This document shows, in pieces, positions 1 through 9,279 of a stretch of DNA of 64,000 bases (the stretch's first letter is position 1; every line of letters starts with the position of its first letter). The DNA is from Clostridiales bacterium. Its GTDB lineage: Bacteria > Bacillota > Clostridia > Christensenellales > CAG-138. Location of the stretch: assembly GCA_004558525.1 (NCBI GenBank), contig SFCQ01000005.1, positions 5,224 to 69,223 on the forward strand, written 5' to 3'. The notes under the pieces were generated by a model that was given only the letters and a program-made list of their open reading frames with translations, was not told the DNA's origin and did no database searches. A program made the position numbers and the translations under genes.

Positions 1-123
1 ACGCTCGTGGATATCCGATACCTCCAGCCCGAGCGCCTCGGCACCTGGCTGACCTTCGATACCCAGGACGTCCTCTTCCTCTACAGCGCCCCCGTCCTCA
101 ACAGCAGCGAGACCATCCGCTAA
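1..123 (+). CDS. 3' end of an unidentified CDS entering from the left edge
   Basis: Open frame from position 1 to TAA at 121-123. Codons are GC3-rich like the adjacent recombinase island. Hairpin follows at 134-156. Confidence 0.35.
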   Translation, partial: TLVDIRYLQPERLGTWLTFDTQDVLFLYSAPVLNSSETIR

Positions 124-133
124 AACAAAACAA

Positions 134-156
134 GAGCCGCCCATCATGGGCGGCTC
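134..156 (-). terminator. Hairpin GAGCCGCCC-atcat-GGGCGGCTC, T-rich tail on the minus strand
   Basis: Perfect 9-bp GC-rich stem. The minus-strand reading is followed by ttgttttgtttta. It lies downstream of the minus-strand amidohydrolase remnant. Confidence 0.5.
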
Positions 157-204
157 CTGCTGTATATGGAAAAGATCTGCTCTCAAGCGAACAATTGAGG
201 ATCG

Positions 205-831
205 TCAAGTCAGATGCCGAGGAGGCGTTTGGCGTTGCCGCCGAGGATGGCGGCTTTTTCTTCGCCGGAGAGGGGCAGACGGCGGATGTGCTGCAGATCG
301 TTCTGCGGGCTTCCCCAGTGGCAGTCGCTGCCGAACAGGATCCGCTCCGCGCCGAAGGCCCGGACAAGGGAAACAAAGGTCTCGTCGGAAAGCATCTGCC
401 GGTCCAGCGGCAGCGCTTCGTCCCGCGGGGTGAGCGAGCCGAGGGAGAAGGACGTATCGAGCAGGGCAGACGTATCTGCCAGCAGTTCCTGCACCTGCTC
501 CCAGCAGCGCCAGCACGAGCTTCACCGGACCGACCTGCCGCAGCGCACTGCGCGCCTTTTCCGGCGTGCAGCAGGCATAGCCGGGGAAGCCGATGTCATA
601 GCCCGCGTGCATGACCACGATGAGACCGAGCGCACCGGCGCGCTCGAGAATGCGCAGGTATTTGGGGTCGTCCAAATCGATCTTCTGATAGGCCGGGTGG
701 ATCTTGACGCCGCGCATGTTGGCCGCGGCGAGGCGGTCGAGCTCCTGCTTCCAGTCTTCGTAATCCGGGTGGATGCAGCCGAAGGAGAACATATTTGTGA
801 CGAACGCGTGTTCGTTGTGCGCGGCGGGCAA
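205..831 (-). pseudogene. Amidohydrolase-family (TIM-barrel metal hydrolase, PF04909-like) gene, frameshifted and probably N-terminally truncated
   Basis: The N-terminal two thirds (..GVKIHPAYQ..VVMHAGYD..VKLVLA) are in the 205-831 frame. The C-terminal third (WEQVQELLADTSALLDTSF..ILFGSDCHWG) continues in the 210-494 frame. The frame switch is near 500-512. No His-x-His start motif is seen. Confidence 0.6.
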
Positions 832-971
832 GGCGGAAAAGGAGCTGCGGGGCGTAAAGCGCTACGTCAACATCTTCTACCGCATCTACAACGGCAGGCG
901 CAAGCACGATATTCTTCCCATGAAGTTCTGACCGCCTGCACAGCTTCAATTCAACCATAAGGAGGTAATCC

Positions 972-1148
972 ATGCAGGAAAAGCGGACAAAACCCGGCGA
1001 AAAAGCAAAACATGATCTGAATGAGAAAACGACCTATCGCTTCGGCAACAGGTCGTTTATTGTTGAACCGGTATTCAAGGAGGAGCCACAGAACACATTG
1101 GGCTGCGTTCTTCTGCGCCTGATGAAATCGGAATCTGCGGGGGCGTAG
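972..1148 (+). CDS. Small transposon-associated protein, TnpW-like (58 aa)
   Basis: ATG at 972 follows AAGGAGG. The motif TTYRFGNRSFIVEPVFKEE..LLRLM resembles small proteins found next to serine recombinases in clostridial elements. It is below the length cut-off of the ORF track. Confidence 0.45.
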   Translation: MQEKRTKPGEKAKHDLNEKTTYRFGNRSFIVEPVFKEEPQNTLGCVLLRLMKSESAGA

Positions 1149-1260
1149 TCCCAGGCGGCGGGGCATATCTCCGCCGCATACATGACAACAGGGCGAGACA
1201 GTGATATACTTGTTGTGGAATACAAGTGTTGCTGTTCGGCTGCCCGGAAAGGAGGACTGC

Positions 1261-2976
1261 ATGAAACAGTCGAATAACAACAAAAAATCCCGTGACGTGA
1301 CCGCCTTTCTGTATGAGAGGCTTTCCCGTGACGATAACATGGACGGCGAGAGCTACAGCATAGGGAATCAGAAAAAACTGCTCACCAAGGTAGCAAAGGA
1401 AAAAGGCTACACAAACCTGGTTCATTTTTTTGACGACGGCATCTCCGGCGTTACGATGGATCGTCCCGGCTTTGCCGATATGATTCAGCAGCTGGAGCAG
1501 GGAAAAGCAGCGGCGGTGTTTGTAAAAGATCTCAGCCGCCTGGGTCGTAATTACATCGAGGTCGGCAGACTGACCGAGGAGTTCTTCCCCAATCACGACA
1601 TTCGGCTGGTCGCTGTTTCGGACAACATCGACACCGACGAAGGTGAGAACGAGCTGGCTCCCATCCGCAATCTTTTCAACGAATGGTATGCGCGCGACAT
1701 CAGCAAGAAGCGGCGCATCAGCAACAAGATCAAGGGCAATGCCGGAGAACCCATGGGGCAGCCTCCTTACGGGTACATCAAAGACCCTGAGAACCCCAAA
1801 CGCTGGATCGTGGACGAGGAAGCGGCGCAGGTCGTGCGGCGGATTTACCGCATGACGCTGGAAGGGGTCGGAACGGAGCAGATTGCCGCGAAGCTTGAAG
1901 AGGACGGTATCCTGACCCCGCGCGCCTACTGGCACTCCAAGGGAATCAATCGCCCCGGCAAAGTCAAGGATCTGCCGCCCACCCATTGGAACAGCTCCAG
2001 CGTCATAAAGATGCTTTCCGTGCAGGAGTATTGCGGGGACATTCTCAACTTCAAGACCTATTCCAAGTCATACAAGAACAAGAAACGACTGGAGAATGAC
2101 CGTGAGAACTGGGCGATTTTCAAGGATGTGCATGAGCCGATCATTGAGCGTGCCGTCTTTGAACAGGTGCAGCAAAAGCGTGGCAAGATGAGAAAGCGTC
2201 AAGCGAAGGACGGCGAAAGGAGCATGTTTTCCGGGCTTCTGGTCTGCGCCGACTGCGGGAGCAACCTTCATTTTCATTTCAATCAGGGAAACCCGGAGAT
2301 CAAGTATTTCAACTGCTCCAACTACAAGGGCAATCGCGGCACCTGCGGCTCCACGCACTATGTCCGAGTGGACTTTCTGGAGCAGGTCGTTCTCGGCGAA
2401 ATCCGTCGTCTGACGAAGTATGCCGGCCTTTACGAGGACGATTTTCTCAAAGAAGTGATCGGTCACTCCCGGCAGGCGGAGGAAACGGAGCGCAGACTGA
2501 AGGAGAAGGAACTGAAATCACTCCTTACCCGCGACGATGAACTGGACGGCCTGTTCGAGCGCATCTATGAGGACAATGTTTCCGGCAAGCTCAGCGACGA
2601 CCGCTTTGCGAAGATGTCCCGCCGCTATGAGGAGGAACAGAAGGAGCTTTCGGAGAAAATAAAAAAGCTCCGTTCCGAGATAGAGAAGCAGAGCAGCCGC
2701 GCAACCTCAACGGATATGTTCGTGTCCATCGTCCGCAAATACACCCGCGCCAGAAAGCTCACGCCGCGGATGCTCAACGAACTGGTGGAGAAAATCGAGG
2801 TCTACAATGCCGAGAAGATCGACGGCGAATGGGTACAGCGGCTTCGCATTCACTACAACTGCGTGGGGGAAATGAACATTCCCAACGAACCGGCACTGCC
2901 CATCCCGGCCGTCACCGTCAACACCAGAAAAGGTGTGTTCGTGAGCTACACGACCGACGACAGACCCGCTGTTTGA
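1261..2976 (+). CDS. Large serine recombinase (resolvase/invertase N-domain, recombinase domain, zinc ribbon, coiled-coil C-terminus)
   Basis: Motifs include AFLYERLSRDD..SIGNQ (catalytic Ser region), VKDLSRLGRN, and CADCGS..CSNY..C zinc ribbon, with a long C-terminal coiled coil. RBS GGAAAGGAGG precedes the ATG at 1261. Confidence 0.9.
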   Translation: MKQSNNNKKSRDVTAFLYERLSRDDNMDGESYSIGNQKKLLTKVAKEKGYTNLVHFFDDGISGVTMDRPGFADMIQQLEQGKAAAVFVKDLSRLGRNYIEVGRLTEEFFPNHDIRLVAVSDNIDTDEGENELAPIRNLFNEWYARDISKKRRISNKIKGNAGEPMGQPPYGYIKDPENPKRWIVDEEAAQVVRRIYRMTLEGVGTEQIAAKLEEDGILTPRAYWHSKGINRPGKVKDLPPTHWNSSSVIKMLSVQEYCGDILNFKTYSKSYKNKKRLENDRENWAIFKDVHEPIIERAVFEQVQQKRGKMRKRQAKDGERSMFSGLLVCADCGSNLHFHFNQGNPEIKYFNCSNYKGNRGTCGSTHYVRVDFLEQVVLGEIRRLTKYAGLYEDDFLKEVIGHSRQAEETERRLKEKELKSLLTRDDELDGLFERIYEDNVSGKLSDDRFAKMSRRYEEEQKELSEKIKKLRSEIEKQSSRATSTDMFVSIVRKYTRARKLTPRMLNELVEKIEVYNAEKIDGEWVQRLRIHYNCVGEMNIPNEPALPIPAVTVNTRKGVFVSYTTDDRPAV

Positions 2977-2987
2977 GCAGAAAAAAA

Positions 2988-3030
2988 GCGAGTGTTCTCA
3001 CAGCTTTTCAAATGCTGTAAGAACACTCGC
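2988..3030 (-). terminator. Long inverted repeat or terminator at the element/chromosome boundary
   Basis: GCGAGTGTTCTcACAGC-ttttcaaat-GCTGTaAGAACACTCGC. An A7 run lies on the + side, so the T-run is on the minus strand. It sits exactly where codon usage changes. Confidence 0.5.
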
Positions 3031-3054
3031 CATGAGGAAAGGAATAGGATTGAA

Positions 3055-3774
3055 ATGAACGATACTATTAACAAATTGGCTCAGCTTATAGGCTCCAATC
3101 TTTGGCTTGCGCCCGCGCTTGCGCTGCTGGCTGGACTGCTTACGAGCTTTACGCCATGCTCGCTTTCAACCATACCGCTGGTGCTCGGCTGCGTGGGAGG
3201 GCTGGATACGCATGAACCCAAGAAGGCGTTCAGGCTTTCGCTGGTGTTTGCATTAGGCTCAATGCTCACGTTTACGGCGCTTGGCGTGCTTGCTTCGCTT
3301 ATAGGCGAGCTGCTCAACGGGCTTGGCATATGGCTGCATCTTATACTGGCGCTGATACTCATTGCAATGGGGCTTCAAATGTTCGGCGTGTTTGAGATAT
3401 TGCCGGAGACCTCCGTAAAGGGAAGGGGCAAAGGCGGATATAAACAGACGTTTTTTGCCGGCCTGCTCGCGGGCGCTTTCTCGTCGCACTGCACAACGCC
3501 GGTCCTTATAGCCATGCTTGCCATAGCCGCGAACAAGGCCAGCCTTTTATACGGGGTGATACTGCTCGTTATATTTTCGATTGGCCACGGCATACTTTCT
3601 GTGGTTGCGGGCACGAGCGCGGGCTTTGTTACAAGGCTAATGGCCGACCCGCGCTACCACAAGGCGGCAAGGATAATAAGAATAGCGCTTGGCGTGATAA
3701 TAATGCTCGCTGCCGCATATCTGCTTTTTGAGGTGATAGGGGAAGGTTTTTTCCATATGGAGCATGAGCATTGA
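3055..3774 (+). CDS. ccdA: Cytochrome c biogenesis / thiol-disulfide transporter, CcdA (DsbD family)
   Basis: Polytopic membrane protein with SFTPCSLS and HCTTPVL motifs, both Cys-containing. ATG at 3055 follows GAGGAAAGG. Confidence 0.8.
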   Translation: MNDTINKLAQLIGSNLWLAPALALLAGLLTSFTPCSLSTIPLVLGCVGGLDTHEPKKAFRLSLVFALGSMLTFTALGVLASLIGELLNGLGIWLHLILALILIAMGLQMFGVFEILPETSVKGRGKGGYKQTFFAGLLAGAFSSHCTTPVLIAMLAIAANKASLLYGVILLVIFSIGHGILSVVAGTSAGFVTRLMADPRYHKAARIIRIALGVIIMLAAAYLLFEVIGEGFFHMEHEH

Positions 3775-3806
3775 GCTTAGGTAGCGCCTGATCGATAAGC
3801 GCTTCC

Positions 3807-4163
3807 CTAACGCGCAAGCTTTTCAAGATACCATACCGCAACGCCCATGAGGCCCCACAGCATGGAAAAGGCAGGGCAGACCTGGCCGAGTATGTTGAGG
3901 GGCATTTTGCTGTAGTCCCACACGGCAAGCTTCAGCTTAAGATTCAATACTATGCCTGCGGCAAGCTCAACAAGCGATATCAGGATAAGCCCTATTATAT
4001 ATGCGAGCCATACCGGCGCATCTATAATGGAATAAAGCCACCAAAGCAGCATGCCGCATAAGCCGCCGGCTATGCCCATACTTACATGCGTGCGTGCGCG
4101 CCAAAGTATCTCTAACCCCATATATATAAGCCCTGAGGCAACAAAAATAATAACAAGCTCCAT
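3807..4163 (-). CDS. Small polytopic membrane protein (putative ABC-transporter type IV / DUF1113-like)
   Basis: Four predicted TM segments and a WDYS..PLNI.G motif. Confidence 0.55.
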   Translation of the reverse strand: MELVIIFVASGLIYMGLEILWRARTHVSMGIAGGLCGMLLWWLYSIIDAPVWLAYIIGLILISLVELAAGIVLNLKLKLAVWDYSKMPLNILGQVCPAFSMLWGLMGVAVWYLEKLAR

Positions 4164-4369
4164 AATAAAAGCTTGCCCGAAGGCGGGGGTTAATATGCTT
4201 ATTATTTATTATAATGAAAACTCAGCGAAGCGCCGGTTGAGCCGGCACGTCAGGCCGGCCGATTATTACGCTATAATAAAAGTACACGGAATTTTTACAG
4301 CATTGTGGCTGTACATATCACAAGTTTTGAATTAGAATAAAACTGACACGTTATACCCACGGAGGATAT

Positions 4370-5257
4370 ATGAATAAACCGTACTTTATAGTGAACCCCG
4401 TATCGGGCTCCGGATTGGCGAAGGAGAAGTTTGGGCGGGTATCGGCTCTGCTTGACGCTAAGGGAGTGGAGTATTCTTACGATTGCACAAACGCGCCGCA
4501 TCACGCGACGGAGCTTGCAAAAAAAGCCGTTGAAGATGGAAAAAAGCTTATTGCGGCCGTTGGCGGGGACGGGACGGTGAACGAGGTCGCGGCAGCTGTA
4601 ATAGGCACTGACGCGGCGATGGCGGTGCTGCCGTTCGGCACGGGCAACGACTTTACAAAGGTGATGGGCTTTGCAAAGGACGTTGAAGGGGCCGTGGATA
4701 CTATAATAAACGGAATCATAAGGCATGCCGACGCGGCTGAGGTGAACGGCAGGCCGTTTATAAACGTTGCAGGGCTTGGCTTTGACGTTTCCGTGCTTAG
4801 GGCTACGGAGAAATACAAGGCAAAATACAACGGCATGTTCCCATACATATTAGGCATAGTAGATGTGCTGAAGAACCTTGAAACCATGCCGCTCACCATA
4901 GAGCATGACGGCGAAACGGAAAAATGCGATTCTATAATAATGAGCGTGGGCAACGGGCAATACATAGGCGGCGGCATGAGGGCCGTGCCTATGGCCGACC
5001 CTTTTGACGGCATGCTTGACATATGCTATGTTGAAAAAGTAAGCATATTCAAGTTTTTATGCCTGCTGCCAAGCTTTATAAAGGGAAAGCATATTAAGTA
5101 TACGGACATAGTGCATCATATCAGAACAAAACAGATATCCGTAACTTGCCCGTCAAGCTGCACGTTACAGCTTGACGGCGAGGTGGACATGTCAACTCCG
5201 GCGGTGTTCAGGGTGCTGCCAGGCGCGCTCAAGGTGCTGCTGCCGAAAGGAGAATAA
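4370..5257 (+). CDS. Diacylglycerol/lipid kinase family protein (YegS/DagK type)
   Basis: Motifs NPVSGSG, AVGGDGTVNEV, PFGTGNDF and the C-terminal LDGE motif. Confidence 0.85.
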   Translation: MNKPYFIVNPVSGSGLAKEKFGRVSALLDAKGVEYSYDCTNAPHHATELAKKAVEDGKKLIAAVGGDGTVNEVAAAVIGTDAAMAVLPFGTGNDFTKVMGFAKDVEGAVDTIINGIIRHADAAEVNGRPFINVAGLGFDVSVLRATEKYKAKYNGMFPYILGIVDVLKNLETMPLTIEHDGETEKCDSIIMSVGNGQYIGGGMRAVPMADPFDGMLDICYVEKVSIFKFLCLLPSFIKGKHIKYTDIVHHIRTKQISVTCPSSCTLQLDGEVDMSTPAVFRVLPGALKVLLPKGE

Positions 5258-5263
5258 GCCATA

Positions 5264-6163
5264 ATGGATAATGATGATAAAAACAAGCTCTATTTTATCG
5301 TGAATCCGGTATCCGGCTCGGGAGAGGGCATGCGCAGATTTGCCATAGCAAGAGGCTTGCTTGAAAAGAGGAACGCCGAATACGGCTTTTGCTACAGCGA
5401 ATACCCCGGGCATGCCGTTAAGCTTGCAAAGCAGGCAATAGAAAACGGCGAAAGAAACATTGTCGCCGTCGGCGGGGACGGCACGCTGAATGAAGTTGCG
5501 AGCGTTGTAAAGGATCATAAGGGAGTAAGGCTCGGCCTGCTGCCGTTTGGCACGGGAAACGACTTTGCAAGGGGTATAGGGCTTCCGGAGGATGAAGAGG
5601 GGCTTGTGGACGCGCTTTTGAGCGGCAATACCAGAATGGTGGACGCAGGAGCCGCCGGAGACGGGTTCTTTATGAACGTTGCGGGCTTCGGCTTTGATGT
5701 TGACGTGGTGCGCTATACGGAAAAATACAAGCGCAAGCTCAACGGTATGCTTCCATATATGCTGGGCATACTAAAGGCGCTTATATATCTATCCAAAACA
5801 GAGGCCGAGATAGAGACCGATTCCGGCGAAAGCTTCAGCGTAACGGCGATACTGCTTTCCGCCTGCAACGGCACGCGCTTTGCCGGCGGGATAAACCTTG
5901 CGCCGCAGGCTGAGCAGAGCGACGGGCTGTTGGACATATGTATACTTAAAAAGGTGAACAGACTCAGGTTCCTTTACCTTTTGCCAAAGTACATGAAGGG
6001 CAAGCACCTTAAGTACAAGGACTTTATGTACTTTAAGGCAAAGAGCATAAGGGTGGATACGGCATCTAATATGCCTATGGAGTGCGACGGGGAGATAATG
6101 GGACATACCCCGGCGGTGTTCAGGGTGCTTGAAAACGCGATAGAGCTTATGATTGGTGAATGA
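5264..6163 (+). CDS. Diacylglycerol/lipid kinase family protein, tandem paralog
   Basis: Same motif set (NPVSGSG, VGGDGTLNEV, PFGTGNDF, CDGE). Lies 6 nt after the previous stop. Confidence 0.85.
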   Translation: MDNDDKNKLYFIVNPVSGSGEGMRRFAIARGLLEKRNAEYGFCYSEYPGHAVKLAKQAIENGERNIVAVGGDGTLNEVASVVKDHKGVRLGLLPFGTGNDFARGIGLPEDEEGLVDALLSGNTRMVDAGAAGDGFFMNVAGFGFDVDVVRYTEKYKRKLNGMLPYMLGILKALIYLSKTEAEIETDSGESFSVTAILLSACNGTRFAGGINLAPQAEQSDGLLDICILKKVNRLRFLYLLPKYMKGKHLKYKDFMYFKAKSIRVDTASNMPMECDGEIMGHTPAVFRVLENAIELMIGE

Positions 6164-7305
6164 TGGCGAGAAGAAGATTAAGATCGGTAAACAAGGCGTT
6201 TACAATAAAGAGGCTGCTGCTTATAGCGCTTGCCCTGGGGCTTATAGCCGCGGGCGTGTTCGGCGTTAAGGCATACCTGTCCTCGCGCTCCTCGTTCGGC
6301 ACTCAGACTGCGCTGCCGTTTTATTCGGAGGCCGTGTATGCCTGCTCAAACGGCGTATTCTATTATGTCGAAGGCGGCAAGCTGCGTTGCTACGACCCGA
6401 AGAATCCGGACGGGGCTACGGAGATGGACCTTGGCACGAGCGATGTTTCAATAGCTGCGGGCGGCGGCACGGCGGCGCTGTATTCAGGCACGGCTGTGCA
6501 GATAATAGGCGCAAGCGACTTTATAGACGTTGGCGGCCAGGTGCTTTCCTTAAGGTGTGCGGCCAACCACATTGCCGTGCTCAGGCTGGACCCGTCCGGC
6601 GCGGCGGCCGTGCTTGTATATGATAAGACAGGCACGCTTGTTGACGTTATAGAGCAAAAGGACGATATATTGCTCGATTGCGGCTTCTACAGCTCAGACG
6701 GCGGGGACCTGATGTGGACGCTTTCGCTTTCCTCATCGGCGGCAACGCCGCTGACCACGCTTACTACCTACAGCTACCTTAAGCAGAGCAATGAAAGCGT
6801 GGCCACGATGTCCGGCGTTATAACGGTGCAGAACCAGCTTGTGGACAGGGTGGTATTTACAAAAAACAGCATATTCATATCCGGCACAGAGCAGCTGATG
6901 CGCTGCGACGCCGGAATAAGCGGCGAAAGCTGGAGGCTGCTGACTTACGGCTACAAGATGACAGACAGCTCAACATCGGCGGCAAGGCCCGTTTTTCTCT
7001 TTGTCCCAAGGGGAGAGGAGGGCGAGACCATGAACATGGTGAAGCTGTATTCTGCGGACGAGGCCGCGCAGCCGGCGGCCAGCGCAAGGACCGTGCAGCT
7101 TAAAGAGGGCGTACATTCGATAATGCTATGCTCAGGCAAGCTGGCGGCGTTTTCGGACACAAAGCTGTACATATACTCGGCGGCGGGCAAGCTGAGCGCA
7201 ACATATGAGCTTGACTTCAGCTGCTCGGGCGCGAAAAAGCTGAGCGAGAACGAGGTCATATGCGAATCTTCCGACGGCGCGCTCAGGCTTATAAAGCTTA
7301 AATAA
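6160..7305 (+). CDS. Membrane-anchored protein of unknown function
   Basis: N-terminal TM helix, then a repeat-like beta-rich region. ATGA overlap with the upstream kinase gene. Host-type codons. Confidence 0.6.
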   Translation: MMARRRLRSVNKAFTIKRLLLIALALGLIAAGVFGVKAYLSSRSSFGTQTALPFYSEAVYACSNGVFYYVEGGKLRCYDPKNPDGATEMDLGTSDVSIAAGGGTAALYSGTAVQIIGASDFIDVGGQVLSLRCAANHIAVLRLDPSGAAAVLVYDKTGTLVDVIEQKDDILLDCGFYSSDGGDLMWTLSLSSSAATPLTTLTTYSYLKQSNESVATMSGVITVQNQLVDRVVFTKNSIFISGTEQLMRCDAGISGESWRLLTYGYKMTDSSTSAARPVFLFVPRGEEGETMNMVKLYSADEAAQPAASARTVQLKEGVHSIMLCSGKLAAFSDTKLYIYSAAGKLSATYELDFSCSGAKKLSENEVICESSDGALRLIKLK

Positions 7306-7353
7306 GCATAAGCGCTTAAAGCATATTATTATCCGGCAAAGGAGGGGACAGGG

Positions 7354-8064
7354 TTGAACCTGATAGACATAGCCGTTATAGGCGTGCTGGCGCTGTTTAT
7401 ACTGCATGGCATATACAAGGGCTTTTTGCCGACGCTTTTATCGATAGGCGCATATATACTGGCATGGCTGGCAGCCATAGTACTGCTGCCGGTCGGCTCA
7501 AACAGCATACGCGGGAGCGAGAAGCTCTTTAACACCATGCTTTACTATACCGAGGGCAGCGAATACGTTAACGATGTTGAGCTTGCAAGAAAGAGCATAG
7601 ACGAAATAAGCACGGATACGCTGAACGCCGTATTTGCAAAGGCCGACCTGCCGTATCCTATGGCCAAGAACATAGCGGACAACATTGCGCGTGAATCCTT
7701 TGCCGAAAACGGGATAACCACGCTTGGCGACTATTTCAACCAGACGATAGTTATAGTGTTTATAAACATACTGGTGTTCATTGCGATGTTTGCCATAATA
7801 AGGATAATACTGGCATTTATTATAAACGGAGTGGATTATGCATGGACGCTGCCTAAGCTCAGGGTGGCGGACAGGGCCATAGCCGGCGGCATAGGGCTTA
7901 TAAGGGGAATACTTGCGGTGTTTTTGCTGTTCATGCTGCTGCCGATAGTGCTTATAGTGCTTCAGGGCAAGTTTGCGTTTTTGACCGATATGGTGAACGA
8001 TTCCATGATGGCTAAGTTCTTTTACAGGACAAACTTTTTGCTTAGCATGATGCCTGGCAGATAG
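7354..8064 (+). CDS. CvpA-family membrane protein
   Basis: TTG start follows AAGGAGGGG. N-terminal region (IDIAVIGVLALFILHGIYKGF) and TM layout are typical of CvpA. Confidence 0.7.
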   Translation: MNLIDIAVIGVLALFILHGIYKGFLPTLLSIGAYILAWLAAIVLLPVGSNSIRGSEKLFNTMLYYTEGSEYVNDVELARKSIDEISTDTLNAVFAKADLPYPMAKNIADNIARESFAENGITTLGDYFNQTIVIVFINILVFIAMFAIIRIILAFIINGVDYAWTLPKLRVADRAIAGGIGLIRGILAVFLLFMLLPIVLIVLQGKFAFLTDMVNDSMMAKFFYRTNFLLSMMPGR

Positions 8065-8132
8065 AATAAGGCGACAGGATAGCTTATCAACGATAGTATT
8101 GGATATATACGGGCGATGGAGGATAAACGACT

Positions 8133-8999
8133 ATGTACCTTGCCGACAGCTGGCATGATTATGAGATAATAGACGCAGGGGACGGGGAAAAGCTTGAACG
8201 CTGGGGAGGCGTTACGCTGCTTAGACCCGACCCGCAGGCGGTATGGCCCATGGGCGCAGGCAATAAAAAGCCGGACGCGCACTATATACGCTCCTCAAGC
8301 GGGGGCGGGCATTGGGAATACAACAGCCGGCTTGAAGAAAGCTGGACCATAAAATGGAAGGAGCTTACCTTTTTGGTAAGGCCTACGGGCTTTAAGCATA
8401 CGGGGCTTTTTCCGGAGCAGGCTGTCAACTGGGCGTGGATGCAGGATATAATACGCGCTAACCCAGTGATAAACGGTGAAAAGCCGAGGGTGCTGAACCT
8501 GTTCGCCTATACGGGCGGGGCAACGTGCGCGCTTGCAAGCGCCGGAGCCGAGGTGGTGCATGTTGACGCGGCAAAGGGTATGGTGGCATGGGCAAAGGAC
8601 AACCTTGCAAAAAGCGGGCTTGCCGAAAAGCCGGTAAGGTTTATAGTGGACGACGTTATGAAGTTCGTGCTGCGCGAACAGAGGCGCTGCAGGAGCTATC
8701 ATGGCATACTTATGGACCCGCCAAGCTACGGCAGGGGACCGAACGGAGAAATGTGGAAAATAGAGGAAGGCTTGTATCCCCTGCTCAAGGAATGTGTTAA
8801 GCTTTTGAACGAGAACGCCCTGTTCTTCCTGATAAACTCATATACAACAGGGCTTGCGCCCACGGTGCTGGCAAACGCGCTTAAGGTCGCGCTTGACGGG
8901 AAGGGCCGCTTTGAAGCCGGCGAGGTCGGCCTGCCCATAACGAGGAACGGTGAAAGGCTTGTGCTTCCCTGCGGCGCGAGCGGCAGATGGACAAAATAA
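8133..8999 (+). CDS. Class I SAM-dependent methyltransferase (RlmI/K-like C-terminal fold)
   Basis: VLNLFAYTGG SAM motif, DPPS(Y) motif, N-terminal PUA-less domain. Confidence 0.8.
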   Translation: MYLADSWHDYEIIDAGDGEKLERWGGVTLLRPDPQAVWPMGAGNKKPDAHYIRSSSGGGHWEYNSRLEESWTIKWKELTFLVRPTGFKHTGLFPEQAVNWAWMQDIIRANPVINGEKPRVLNLFAYTGGATCALASAGAEVVHVDAAKGMVAWAKDNLAKSGLAEKPVRFIVDDVMKFVLREQRRCRSYHGILMDPPSYGRGPNGEMWKIEEGLYPLLKECVKLLNENALFFLINSYTTGLAPTVLANALKVALDGKGRFEAGEVGLPITRNGERLVLPCGASGRWTK

Positions 9000-9024
9000 G
9001 CAATAATTATAAAGGAGACGCATT

Positions 9025-9279
9025 ATGCACTACACTTTTTATCCCCAGGGAGTATGCTCAAGAAAGATAGAGCTTGACGTTGAGGACGGGCGCGTACACA
9101 ACATATGCTATATAGGCGGCTGCAACGGCAACCTTAAGGCGCTTGGCGCGCTTGCCGAAGGCATGACCGTTGACGAGGTAATAGCAAGGCTTGACGGCAT
9201 AACCTGCGGCGATAAGAGCACGTCCTGCTCTGACCAGCTTGCGAGGAACCTCAAGGCCGCGCTTAAAGATGCCAAGTAA
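9025..9279 (+). CDS. TSCPD-domain protein (TIGR03905-like)
   Basis: 84 aa with GGCNGNLKA and TSCSDQLA motifs. Confidence 0.7.
   Translation: MHYTFYPQGVCSRKIELDVEDGRVHNICYIGGCNGNLKALGALAEGMTVDEVIARLDGITCGDKSTSCSDQLARNLKAALKDAK

Larger units (their letters stand above)
1..2987. mobile_element. Right-hand end of an integrative element (TnpW-like gene plus large serine recombinase at the terminus)
   Basis: Recombinase is the last gene before an abrupt switch in codon habit at about 2980-3055 (ATC/CTG/CGC style to ATA/CTT/AGG style). A decayed cargo gene lies inside. Confidence 0.5.

Noticed and set aside
1261-2976. Whether the large serine recombinase is the integrase of the phage-like modules.
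   Set aside because: Its codon habit differs from the modules. It is separated from module 1 by 7.5 kb of host-type genes. It is positioned as the terminal gene of an element extending leftwards.
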